NCBI GenBank assembly: GCA_020184695.1
Contig: JAANOX010000011.1
Span: 434,001 to 498,000, forward strand
Direction of reading: 5' to 3'
Length of the DNA: 64,000 bases
Source: Histomonas meleagridis 2922-C6/04-290x
Lineage: Eukaryota; Protista; Parabasalia
The notes beneath the pieces are model-generated. The model was not told the origin of the DNA, made no database searches, and saw only the letters and a program-made list of their open reading frames with translations. The position numbers and the translations under genes were made by a program. This document shows positions 53,836-64,000 of the stretch, in pieces; position 1 is the first letter of the stretch; each line of letters starts with the position of its first letter.

Positions 53836-54591
53836 TTAGTATTCAAAGGAATTTACAAGTCTCTGTAGCGCTACAAGAGTTTTTGGTAACATTTTATCTA
53901 TTTCTATCTCTACATCATCACCTGTAATTAGGTCTGGTTGGTTTCTTTTGATAAGCTCAAATACTTGGGCAATATGTTTGTCGTCTGATAACTCATTAAC
54001 TTTCGATGTTAAAATCTGAATTTCTTCAGATGAAAGATTCTGTGGTGGGGGTGGTTGGTAACGCTTTGATGGCGTTGAAGGAGAAGCTTTTGCTTGTTTC
54101 TTTGATTTTGTTGTTGTCTTTTTTACCTCAGGCTTTGGCGCAGGTTCTTCTGCTTTAGGCTTTGGTTTTGGAATTTGATATCCTTTTGGAGAATCGTTCA
54201 TTAATGAATTAAATTTTTGTTTGAGGTCTGTTAATTTATTTGCCCAATCTGTTTTGTCATTATCGCTTATGAACTCAGTTAGTTCTTTAGCTTCATTTTG
54301 GAGAAAACGGGCAAGACATGAAATTAAACTTTGTTTTCCGTTGAATGTATAAGTGTTTTCCCAAATAAGGTCAACATCTGATTTCCATTGAGCAACAGAG
54401 CTGTATTCATTTTCCTCTAGTTTATGCTTAACGGTTCCAAGATCCATTGGTTTGTGAATTGTTTTAAAATATGTTGGACACTGATCCCGTACAGGATCGA
54501 CTGGTTGAGAAAACATTCGAGAACATGAGTATGAAAGTAATTTGTTAATTACCGCCAAACATTGTTTTTTCTTTGGTTCAGAAATTGACAT
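53836..54591 (-). CDS. Bromodomain plus ET-like domain protein, paralogue of 52257-52982
   Basis: FSQPVDP, YFKTIHKPMDLGTV, WENTYTFN; C-terminal DVEIEIDKMLPKTLVAL; ATG at 54591. Confidence 0.92.
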   Translation of the reverse strand: MSISEPKKKQCLAVINKLLSYSCSRMFSQPVDPVRDQCPTYFKTIHKPMDLGTVKHKLEENEYSSVAQWKSDVDLIWENTYTFNGKQSLISCLARFLQNEAKELTEFISDNDKTDWANKLTDLKQKFNSLMNDSPKGYQIPKPKPKAEEPAPKPEVKKTTTKSKKQAKASPSTPSKRYQPPPPQNLSSEEIQILTSKVNELSDDKHIAQVFELIKRNQPDLITGDDVEIEIDKMLPKTLVALQRLVNSFEY

Positions 54592-55246
54592 AACAAAATG
54601 GATTGTGTCAAAACAGAAAATATTCAAAAACTCGTTGGATCGTTAAACGATCATTTTCCATTCAAAACAAAACAAACTACGTCAAATTTAACGTTCAACT
54701 ATTTCAGTGTATGTATCGATACATTCATAGAAACCATAAAATTATTCAAAACAAAAATATTCTGAGAAACATTAATTATTATATAGCTGTATTCATAAAA
54801 TAATTTATATAAATTAATCATAATAAATTTAGATTTTCATCACACTTGAAGAAAATCAATGAATGTTGAATTTTTTGGGTTATTTGTAAAACAGCATTTT
54901 TCTCACATGACTAAATTAGGTCTCTAATGTATTATTCAACTTTGTAAAAAAAAATGTTCATAAATTAGATCAATTAGAATGTATATTTAATATATATTAT
55001 TTTCTATGTAATTTTTGAAAAAATATTTATATAATTCTTTCTTACAATCAAACTTTTTTTTTATAAATTACATATGTTAAGTATTTTTTTTTTTCATTTA
55101 TGAATTACATAAAAAAAGTAAGAATAAATCGAATATAATTATGATCAGAAATGAATAGAAAATAATTGTAACTTTACAATTATATATATGTATGCATGAA
55201 GTTGAAAATAAATATAAAATTAAGTAATAATTAATTCAAATAATTT

Positions 55247-58200
55247 TTAACTTATTCCGAATTTATTGGGTTGAATTGGATTTGCATTTACTCGATAAAT
55301 TGTACCAGGTATATATCTGCCGAAAGTTTGCTTTGTTTCAGTTTCAGGCATTTTGTCATCAAAGATAATATCTTTTTGTTTCTTAAGCAATTCCTTTACA
55401 TCTTTTTTTGAAAATTCAGATGCAAGTTCAATTGCTGTTCTTCCCCAATTATTTACTTCATTTAATTTGATTCCTTTCTGTTGAACAAGAAATTCCACGA
55501 CATCATAATGACCATTTTGAGCGGCACCCATTAAAGAATTCATAAATATTATAACAAAATTCCGAATTATGCAAAAAAATTTCAATTAATTATAACAACC
55601 ATTATTTTTTTGGTTGATATCAATTTCTTTATGCAATTCAAGTAATAACTTAGCAGTTTCCAAATGATTGTTAAAACAAGCTATCATAAAAGCATTACCA
55701 AAACATTTAATTATATTCCAAATGATATTTTTAATTACCATTTTATATAAATAAATATAAAATATACATAATAAACGCCACAGAAGTTAACATCAATTTC
55801 TTTCTGTTCAAGTAACAATTTAACAATATCTGTTCTTCCGTGGGTGCAAGCGGTCATTAATGGGGTGTAAAATATTTTAATTTAATTCCAAATTTTATTT
55901 TAAGATTAAAATATTTTGAAATAATTATAAAGTAAAAGAAATAAACAGATGTTATATTTACATTAACTCCTTTTTTATCAAGAATTAACTTAAAAATTTC
56001 AAATTGATTTTTATGAATTAGATTGATCTCATTTTGTTCGTCATTAAATAAAAAAATATTTCCAAAAAAATTTAATAAACTTTAAATGTATGAAATAAAT
56101 ATAATTTTGAATCTCTAAACTTGAATTGTTATATTTTTGGTAGAATTTTTCTTGATCGATTTTAGTAGTATAACGAAGAAATAAAATAAATAAACATCAA
56201 AAATATAAATTGAATATCATTACAATCTTGCATTTCATAAGGTCTTCCATTAAAATTACATACAATTTTATGAAGTACAGTCTCAAATATATTAAATAAA
56301 TTCCAAATGTTACTTTGATACGAAAAAAAATTATAATAAATTATGTTCCTAACATTAAAATCGATATTTTTTTGTTCTATAAGTAATTTTGCAATTTCTA
56401 TTAAACCTTCAAGTGTTGCATACATTAATGGTGTACCAAATAATTTAAATATATTTCAAATATTATATTGAAATTAGAAAAATTTTATCTGAATATTAAA
56501 TTAATATAATTAATATCTACAACATTAATTTTAATATCTTTTCTTTCTAGAAGTAATTTAACTATTTCAATATAATTATTTCGTACTGCAATAGTTAAAG
56601 CTGTATCAAATAATTTAATAAAATCCTAAATATACCCTATATATATCAAATAATTATAATAAATTTTATAATTAATCATTAAATAGTTTTTGCATTAATA
56701 TTAATATCTTTTTGTTCAAGAAGCAATTTAACAATTTCTAAATTACCTTTCATTGTTGCATACATTAATGGAGTTTCGAAAAATTAAAATAATTTCTAAA
56801 AAATTATATTTTAAATATATGTTACATTTATTAATATCAATTCCTTTATAATTAATAAGAAGTTTTACAACTTCAACATTACTATTCGAACATGCGTATA
56901 ATAATGGCGTTGAAAAAATATTTTATTAATTCCAAATTTTAGAATAAAATAGAAAATTAGAGAAATAAACAATAAATAAAAATCTATAACACTTTCTATA
57001 TTTATATCTATATCCTTATATTTTAGAAGTAGTTTAACTATTTCTATATAATTATTTTCTAATGATAATGTTAATGCACACTTACCTCTATTATTTTGCT
57101 GGGAAATATTAATTCCTTCTTGTTCAAGTAGTAATTTCACTATTTCTGTGTGACCTTTTTCAGATGCAATTATAAGTGCTGTTTGAAATAATTTAAATAA
57201 TTTCCAAATATTATTTTGAAATATAAAATTATTGAAATAAATATTATCTTTAGCATTAATTTCAATTCCTCTTTGTTCAAGAAGTAATTTAACTATTTCT
57301 GTATGACCATTTAAAGATGCAAAAATAAGTGCTGTATAAAATATTTTAAATAATTTCCAAATTTTATTTTGAAATAGAAAATTATTAAAATAAAATTTAA
57401 ATAAAACAAATAAATATCTTTAGCATTAATTTCAATTCCTTCTTGTTCAAGAAGTAATTTAACTATTTCTGTATGACCATTCAAAGATGTAATCATAAGT
57501 CCATTTTGAAATAATTTATAGAATTATAAAATGCTAATTTAAAAAATGAAATAATTAAAACAAATATCAAATAAAACAAATAAATAGATTTATGATTAAC
57601 ATTAATTCCTTTTTGGTCGAGAAGTAATTTTACTATATCATAATCATTTGAATAACAGGCAAAAAATAATGGAGTATAATATAAATTTCAAAAAACATTT
57701 TTGAATATTATCAATAAACTTTAAAAATACAAAACTATACGTCGCAAATATTAACATTTATTTCATTATGATCTAAAACATATTTAACAAGTTCAATGTT
57801 ATGTGAAGAAACTGAATAAGCAAATGCTTCACTTGAAATTTTTTTCTCATCAAAAAGATATTTCACAAAAAATATGTTACCACTCATAAAAGCTTCTTCT
57901 ATAATTTCATCATTAATTTCAAGTCCTTCTTTTTCAATGAATGAAAATATTTCGAAATTATTATATTGAATAGATTTGGTAGCAATTGAAGTTAATAATT
58001 TATTTTTATTTTCTTCTTCGGTTTCATTTTGTTGATCTGCAGTTGGATTAATAAACTTATCATTTGGTAGAGAATGAAAACAAAAATATTTTCTTCTTCG
58101 AAATCTTAAATTTGATGGTTCATATTTAAATAAATTATTTTCATAAAGATAATAAAAAATATTATTTCGATGAAATTTAATTGCTGCTTTATATGAACAA

Positions 58201-59084
58201 TTAAATTTTGCACCATTTTGTTCACATAAATGAATTATTTCTATGTTTCCACCTGCTACAGCATATTTACCTGTATGATTTAAGTCTGCATTATTTAATA
58301 ATAAATATTTAAAACATTTAATTGATCCATAAAATGCTGAATAATTTATTAATGTGACATTACCTTTAGAACATTTCGAAAATTTCTCATAAATATTTGA
58401 AGAGATTACCTGATTAAAATCAAATTCTTTGTTAGATGATATCTCTTGGAGTTGTTCAACATCATCATTACGTATGATAATTGATAATTTTGATGTATTC
58501 CCTTCGATAATATTCTTCTTATGTTGTTCAAAATTATCCTCTTTGTTTTTAGCATAAAAGAGTAATAAAGGGGAGATATGATTGTTTTGTTGATGATATG
58601 ATCTTGAAAAATTGGTTTCTTCCCCCATTTTTTTAATTTGTTTAACTTGTGCTTCTGTAAATAAATGTACAAAATATCGATCACTAGTTGAAAAGCTATT
58701 TTCCGAACTAACTAAATTGTTTTCAATTAGTTTGTACATAAAATAATTTGACTCTATGGAAATTGACATAAGAAGTTCTTTTTTGAATAATTCAAATATT
58801 TGTGGATTTACTTTGAGAATTTCTTCTTCTTTTTTCTCTAGGGATTGTAGATATTGTAAATATACATTGACGTCTTTACGTTGTGAAAGATATGACGAAA
58901 ATATATTTTTGATAAGAACTATGTTAAAAGAAATTGGAAAATTATTATCAAATAAATTCATCGTTGAATCAACAATAGTTTGAAGATTTCCTTGATCTAA
59001 ATCAAAAACCAAATTACTAAGATCCTGAAGATATTTGATTTCTTCTTTAGGGCTTTTTTCACTTGCTTCTTGGTTCGTCTCCAT
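55247..59084 (-). CDS. DUF3447-like plus ankyrin-repeat protein interrupted by at least 43 17-nt elements (about 1010-1020 aa after removal)
   Basis: All junctions except the first (57740-57676, 65 nt) parse as 12 + n x 17 nt and give canonical hairpins; the frame runs to TAA at 55249-55247. Confidence 0.8.
55541..57740 (-). other. Second array of 17-nt elements separating single codons; junctions of 80, 63, 46 and 12 nt
   Basis: Hand parse of every junction on the minus strand. Confidence 0.9.
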
Positions 59085-59965
59085 TGAATACTTGAATAAG
59101 GGTGCTATACAACGAACTTTTTGTTTAAAAAACCTCCAGAATCCCTTAAATTAGACTATAACTCAGCAGGTGTTAACGAAAAAAAAAATTAGAAATTAAT
59201 TCTTTTAATTTTCTGAAAAAAATAAATACAGTTCGAAAATGTAAGAATTTGTCGAAAACAATTACAGAAAAAAAAAATATTTTTATTTTCGTAATGTGAA
59301 AATTCAATGACGATAGATATTTTGATAGAAAATATGCAAACAAACATAGGCAAAAAAGTTGTATCATTTAAAATAATTTTTTTTTTAAATATAAATTAAT
59401 AAAATCATTTCAAAATTTATAAAATCTATTTGTATATATGTCGAGGTTAATTTATCATTGGTTCGGAAATGAGGGAAATTTAATAAATTATGCAATTTCC
59501 GCAAATATTTGTTTTTTTTAAATATTTTTTCATGCACATGGTAATAAAAACAATATTTTAATGATATGTTCATGATTATATTTATTTTCAATATCATATT
59601 AAATTTTTTTCTTGGGGTATTTTTTGTTTTATATATGGTTTACACTCTCTCTTATAATCTTTACATTTACACAAATATATTTTATTAATTCACATTTAGA
59701 GAAAATGTGAAATTAATTTTGTTTACACTACTCTAACTCAGTTTATAGTTCATTTATTATATCATAAAGATAACAATATACAGAAAAATATTTTTATACT
59801 CAGAAATTCATAACACCAAATGTTATGTATAATATTTAATTTAAATGCAAAGAACGGGGGACAAAGTACGTCAATCTTTTCTCATTTTTGACAAAATGAA
59901 ATTACATAAATAAAATCAATCTAAGGATAGATTTATAAATCAAATAGTTATTATTATTATCATCT

Positions 59966-62401
59966 TCAGCTACTACTTTCACTTTCTTTGCTACTGCTAC
60001 TGCTGCTGCTTTTATCATGACTTGAACTTTCTTCACTAATACTAATTTCGCCCGCAGACTTTTGACTTGTTTCCTCTATATCAGATTTATCTTCGTCATC
60101 TTCATTCGCCGAAAGTAATTCCTTTTCGCCTGAGTCAATTGTGCTTTCCAATTTCTTTCTAATAATTCTATTATAAGCGATTGTAGCTGCGTCATGAAAC
60201 ACTGCTGCCACAAGTAACAAATAAGAGCCGGACAATAATCTTGTGATCACGCTAAAGCATTTTTCATGCCCATGAATTATATCTTCATCACTAAAGAACA
60301 TTTCGACAATTGGATCGATCATTTCGCATTTATCTCCGACCATAAAACCAGCGAATTGAGAAATTTCCAAAACAGCAGCGATGATACTAATGACGAACAC
60401 ATCCAAACAACTCCAAGCGTAAATCGTTTCGACGATTTCAAACAACAATTTCATCAATTTATATTTCATGGGTATAAACCATAAAAGTATCGAACAGACA
60501 ATATGTATCATAGGTACTAAGATACTTACGAGGAAATATAATGCTTGAGTGAAACGGACATTAAATGTGTTCGGGTATTCTGCTGCAGAAGGGACATCAA
60601 GTGCTAAATCAATAACAGAATATTCGTTATAATTTGGCTTTCCTAATAAATTCATTGCCCAACCTAACAATCCAACGAAATCAAATGAAAATGACTTCAA
60701 ACATACTCCGACTATAACTAATACTAAAGCAACTAACATTACAATAGGTACAATAATTGCTTGGAACTTATTATCACACATTTGGAATAATGATTTAGGT
60801 TTCTCTTCTTCATGTGGATCTTTTTCATCATCGACATGTCGAACTATACCGATAATGATATGTGAAAGTGCTAATGAGAATACTGTAGCAAGTAATAATG
60901 TAACAAATCCATACGCAGGATAAACCCAAAGATTTGCTACAAATTGTTCGCCGACTGTTGTACTAATGTTGGGTATATCAATAGCAAAATGAAATGCAAC
61001 TAACATTAAGATCATAACATATGAGTCAACTAATGACCATTTACCTAATACATCTAACATATGTAAAAATGATTTACGTCTTCTTTCAGATAATATATTC
61101 GTTGGTAATATCCAGATCAATGTCATTAATATTAATTTGGTATATGGCCAAATGCATGACATTACTGCAATTAAAATGGATAAGAAAATGGCATTTCCAA
61201 CCCACATTTCTTTAATGGAATTAATTAATCCGAAATCGAACATTGATGGGAAACTAACAATCTTATCGCCAATGTTTAACTTAATGAAGACAGATGCACC
61301 AATACCTGTGTTAGATGAAATGAATAAACTAACATTCATAAAGATTAAAAATGGCATTAAGATACGAACAAACAATGGAAGTTTGGGAGTCATTAATAAA
61401 CTTGCTTTCGAATCTGTTCTAAAGAATGAACATGAATTCCTCTTTTGCATGATTACAACTATAATTAAAATTATAATAGTTACGCCAATGAATGTACACA
61501 CTGCTGCAAGTGTTGACGTTAAATCAAATTGATCATATGGATATTCTGGAAGGGATTCACAATCGTCTGCATTCATTAATGCATTGGAAAGTGCTTTGTT
61601 AATGGCATCGTTGCCAATGTTCTTCATCGCAAAGTTTAAAAGTGGATTAAGTAACCCATGAACACTATATGATAAATATGAGCGAACATTCGATAGAAGT
61701 TGAAGAACTTCGGCTTCAAGTGGCTTGTTTGTATCAAGTGGAGGATCAAGATTAAGAGTAGTGTTTAAGAGTTCGGTTCCAATAGTTAAATCATATATTC
61801 CGGTTTGATTTGGATAAATCATTTTGGAAAGACAGGCCATGTTAAGACACATTGGATTAGTATAATTATTGCCTTGTCCTTTGGGAGATGCAATTTGAAG
61901 TTCAAAATCTATTGAATCATCATTTGTGAGGAGATCAAAATCAAATGTTTTGAGAACAGGAATTCCATTGGTATGAACAACACCATCAGTAGAGGTAATG
62001 TTGAGTGATATATTAAGAGTAACACCAAGTGAATCAAGTGCAATATGATTATCTAATATATAACTAGATGTTGGAACAAATAAAGAAAATTCATTAAATG
62101 TATTCATTCCAGAAAGACCGATGCTATTGAAAATGACATCAAGTGTTCCATTTGTGAGATTTGTTGATATTGTAAGTGGGGTTTTGAGTCCGAAATATTC
62201 TAAAACTGGGATTAAATCAAAGCTACCTGTTGAATTTGTAAATCTGTTCATAAGAGAATTTATGTTTAATGGACCAGTCATTCCAATAAATTCTGTTAAT
62301 AAAAATCTGAGTGCATCAATAATAACGGAGTCACGAAGGTCTGACATGCCGTCGCCTACTTTTGATATTGGGGCAACTGCAATCACCAAAAAAAGGAACA
62401 T
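59966..62401 (-). CDS. Signal-peptide-bearing membrane protein with two paraquat-inducible protein A (PqiA)-like domains
   Basis: IKEMW...LSILIAVMSCIWPYTK...LGKWSLVDSYVMILM and a second WSCLDVFVISII motif; large lumenal N-terminal region. Confidence 0.7.
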   Translation of the reverse strand: MFLFLVIAVAPISKVGDGMSDLRDSVIIDALRFLLTEFIGMTGPLNINSLMNRFTNSTGSFDLIPVLEYFGLKTPLTISTNLTNGTLDVIFNSIGLSGMNTFNEFSLFVPTSSYILDNHIALDSLGVTLNISLNITSTDGVVHTNGIPVLKTFDFDLLTNDDSIDFELQIASPKGQGNNYTNPMCLNMACLSKMIYPNQTGIYDLTIGTELLNTTLNLDPPLDTNKPLEAEVLQLLSNVRSYLSYSVHGLLNPLLNFAMKNIGNDAINKALSNALMNADDCESLPEYPYDQFDLTSTLAAVCTFIGVTIIILIIVVIMQKRNSCSFFRTDSKASLLMTPKLPLFVRILMPFLIFMNVSLFISSNTGIGASVFIKLNIGDKIVSFPSMFDFGLINSIKEMWVGNAIFLSILIAVMSCIWPYTKLILMTLIWILPTNILSERRRKSFLHMLDVLGKWSLVDSYVMILMLVAFHFAIDIPNISTTVGEQFVANLWVYPAYGFVTLLLATVFSLALSHIIIGIVRHVDDEKDPHEEEKPKSLFQMCDNKFQAIIVPIVMLVALVLVIVGVCLKSFSFDFVGLLGWAMNLLGKPNYNEYSVIDLALDVPSAAEYPNTFNVRFTQALYFLVSILVPMIHIVCSILLWFIPMKYKLMKLLFEIVETIYAWSCLDVFVISIIAAVLEISQFAGFMVGDKCEMIDPIVEMFFSDEDIIHGHEKCFSVITRLLSGSYLLLVAAVFHDAATIAYNRIIRKKLESTIDSGEKELLSANEDDEDKSDIEETSQKSAGEISISEESSSHDKSSSSSSSKESESSS

Positions 62402-62964
62402 TCCTTCTCAGGTAAAATTAAATGTGAAAATATTACACCAATTAGCGTCATTCTGAGTGTCATAAAGTCAGAAATACGAATAATTTTTTTGGGATGAAAA
62501 ATTAATTTTTTGAGTCGAAAATTATATACACGAGTATGAATTATTAATTATCTTATAATATTCAGTTCATTTTAGAAAACATGAAACATTATTTTTATCA
62601 AGATTTATAAAATAAAAAAAAAATATAAATATATATTTAAAAACATTAGAACATAGGTCAGTGATATGATATTTATAGCTATTAATGTGATTCCATATAT
62701 ATATAACAAGATTTTTTTGTTTGAGGTTAAATTTGTTCGTAAGAACTTTTTGAATCAAATAAACGTACAGATCTTTCGAAACAATTATTCGTGTGAAATA
62801 TCAAGTAGAACGATTGAATTGAAAACTCCAAATTGAATGAATATTCGTAAAGTATTCAAAAATCATCCATTCAATTTTGTCAGGCCGCAAAAATTCTGGT
62901 CGAAAGTTTTTTTTTTAAAATCTCATATGTTTCTATTCTTTTAAACAATTCATAGTTTAAACAT

Positions 62965-63621
62965 TCATTGAAGATTGTCTTTGATAGCTAGAGCTAGTTT
63001 TCTGATAGAGGGATGGATTGATTCTTTTCTGTTTTCTTTTAATTTGGAAGAATCAATATTAGCTCCTGAAACTTGGACAACACTAATGTTTAAAGCACGT
63101 GAGAGGTTTTCTACATCTGAAGGGCGAATTTGTGCTGATTCAACTCGATCACATCTCGTAATAACAGCAACAGCTCTTTGTGATTCTTGTATGTGTTCTT
63201 GATACCAACCGATAACACGCTGTATAATTGAACGGTTTTCAGATGGGATCACCATTACAATTAATTTTGCTGTGTTAAGTAATGACTCTGCTTGTTCTTG
63301 ACTTGATAAAATTGTTTCATAACAAACATCCCATAAAAAAATATTTTCATATAATATTGATCCTACAGAATCAAGTTCAAGGCTCCAAACTGCTCTATAA
63401 CCATTAATTCCGGATGACGGATTTGGATCTGTTGGATTTGAGCCACAAAGGCGTTGAACAATAGTTGTTGTTCCAATGCCACTTTCAAATGGATAAAAAA
63501 TTACATGATTTACTCCACCATCTTGAGGTAAAGCCGGATTATCGAGAACACCCAAAGGACTTCCATCAATTGCACCTGCAATTCGACTAACTTGTGGAAC
63601 TTTTTTTTGGCGTGGGATCAT
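62965..63621 (-). CDS. Degenerate Rab/Ras-like small GTPase fold
   Basis: ESGIGTTT (G1-like), FLWDV (G3-like), ITRCD (G4-like), QVSG (G5-like). Confidence 0.55.
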   Translation of the reverse strand: MIPRQKKVPQVSRIAGAIDGSPLGVLDNPALPQDGGVNHVIFYPFESGIGTTTIVQRLCGSNPTDPNPSSGINGYRAVWSLELDSVGSILYENIFLWDVCYETILSSQEQAESLLNTAKLIVMVIPSENRSIIQRVIGWYQEHIQESQRAVAVITRCDRVESAQIRPSDVENLSRALNISVVQVSGANIDSSKLKENRKESIHPSIRKLALAIKDNLQ

Positions 63622-63688
63622 TTCAATGTTGTACGTTTAATATTAAGTTGTTTCAGAAAAATTGGCGGTAAAATAAGAAGGAGTTCCC

Positions 63689-64000
63689 ATGTCGATTTGG
63701 TCAGCAGATATTTGTTCTTCTCTCAGGTCACTCCAGGACTCAACAGGTATTATTCCTCCGTATGATTCGAATTCAGTTCATAAAACAAGAGAAATTATTT
63801 CAAGTATTCTTCAAGAAGTAGCACAAACAGATGAATCATTACAGGTAAGGGCAATCATTTTAAAACAGCATGCAGCACGGTTACAAGAAGGAATTGATCT
63901 TTATCATCGTGCAAGATTACAGAGAATTCTTGAAGTAATGAATAAATCAAGAGCACCGCTTGATCAAGAATCAAGAAAAGCTCTTTCTCCATCAGAAGTT
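63689..64000 (+). CDS. GINS subunit Psf1-like protein, runs off the 3' end of the window
   Basis: ATG at 63689, open to 64000: IIPPYDSNSVHKTREII...IDLYHRARLQRI...KALSPSEV follows the Psf1 motif order; absent from the supplied ORF track because it is truncated. Confidence 0.6.
   Translation, partial: MSIWSADICSSLRSLQDSTGIIPPYDSNSVHKTREIISSILQEVAQTDESLQVRAIILKQHAARLQEGIDLYHRARLQRILEVMNKSRAPLDQESRKALSPSEV

Noticed and set aside
56162-57496. Short ORFs 57311-57496, 56865-57140, 56162-56425 and 29339-29542 as independent genes
   Set aside because: They are fragments of the element-interrupted ankyrin genes reading into the spacers (the IIFGNYL.. and NIWKLFKLF.. peptides are spacer translations).

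Overview
AT-rich, gene-dense eukaryotic DNA with no canonical introns seen. It is most likely from a parabasalid (trichomonad) protist; this is inferred from BspA-type LRR proteins, DUF3447-like ankyrin proteins, an LRR-PP2C fusion, small bromodomain proteins and M3/M5-like promoter motifs. The window holds about 25 protein genes, two tRNA genes, a restriction-like-endonuclease non-LTR retrotransposon inserted in the 3' end of tRNA-Ile, and an inverted duplication capped by 49-bp minisatellite arrays. Main discovery: two long ankyrin-repeat genes (26893-29911 +, 55247-59084 -) look like pseudogenes. In fact their repeat junctions follow a strict pattern, D-[17 nt]-codon-[17 nt]-codon-[17 nt]-Gly-[17 nt]-codon-T-A-L. 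Removing the AT-rich 17-nt elements (consensus ATTT-N9-ATTT, no GT-AG) restores canonical ankyrin beta-hairpins such as DRDGQTPL, DKEGNTAL, DEDGNTAL and DNYGQTAL. It also restores one stop-free frame across the first gene and across all but one junction of the second. I parsed 90 such elements by hand. Junction lengths of 80, 63, 46 and 12 nt show gain or loss in exact 17-nt units. This points to a non-spliceosomal micro-intron or iterative ribosomal-bypass system with single-codon 'exons' that I do not know from the literature. The mechanism cannot be determined from DNA alone.
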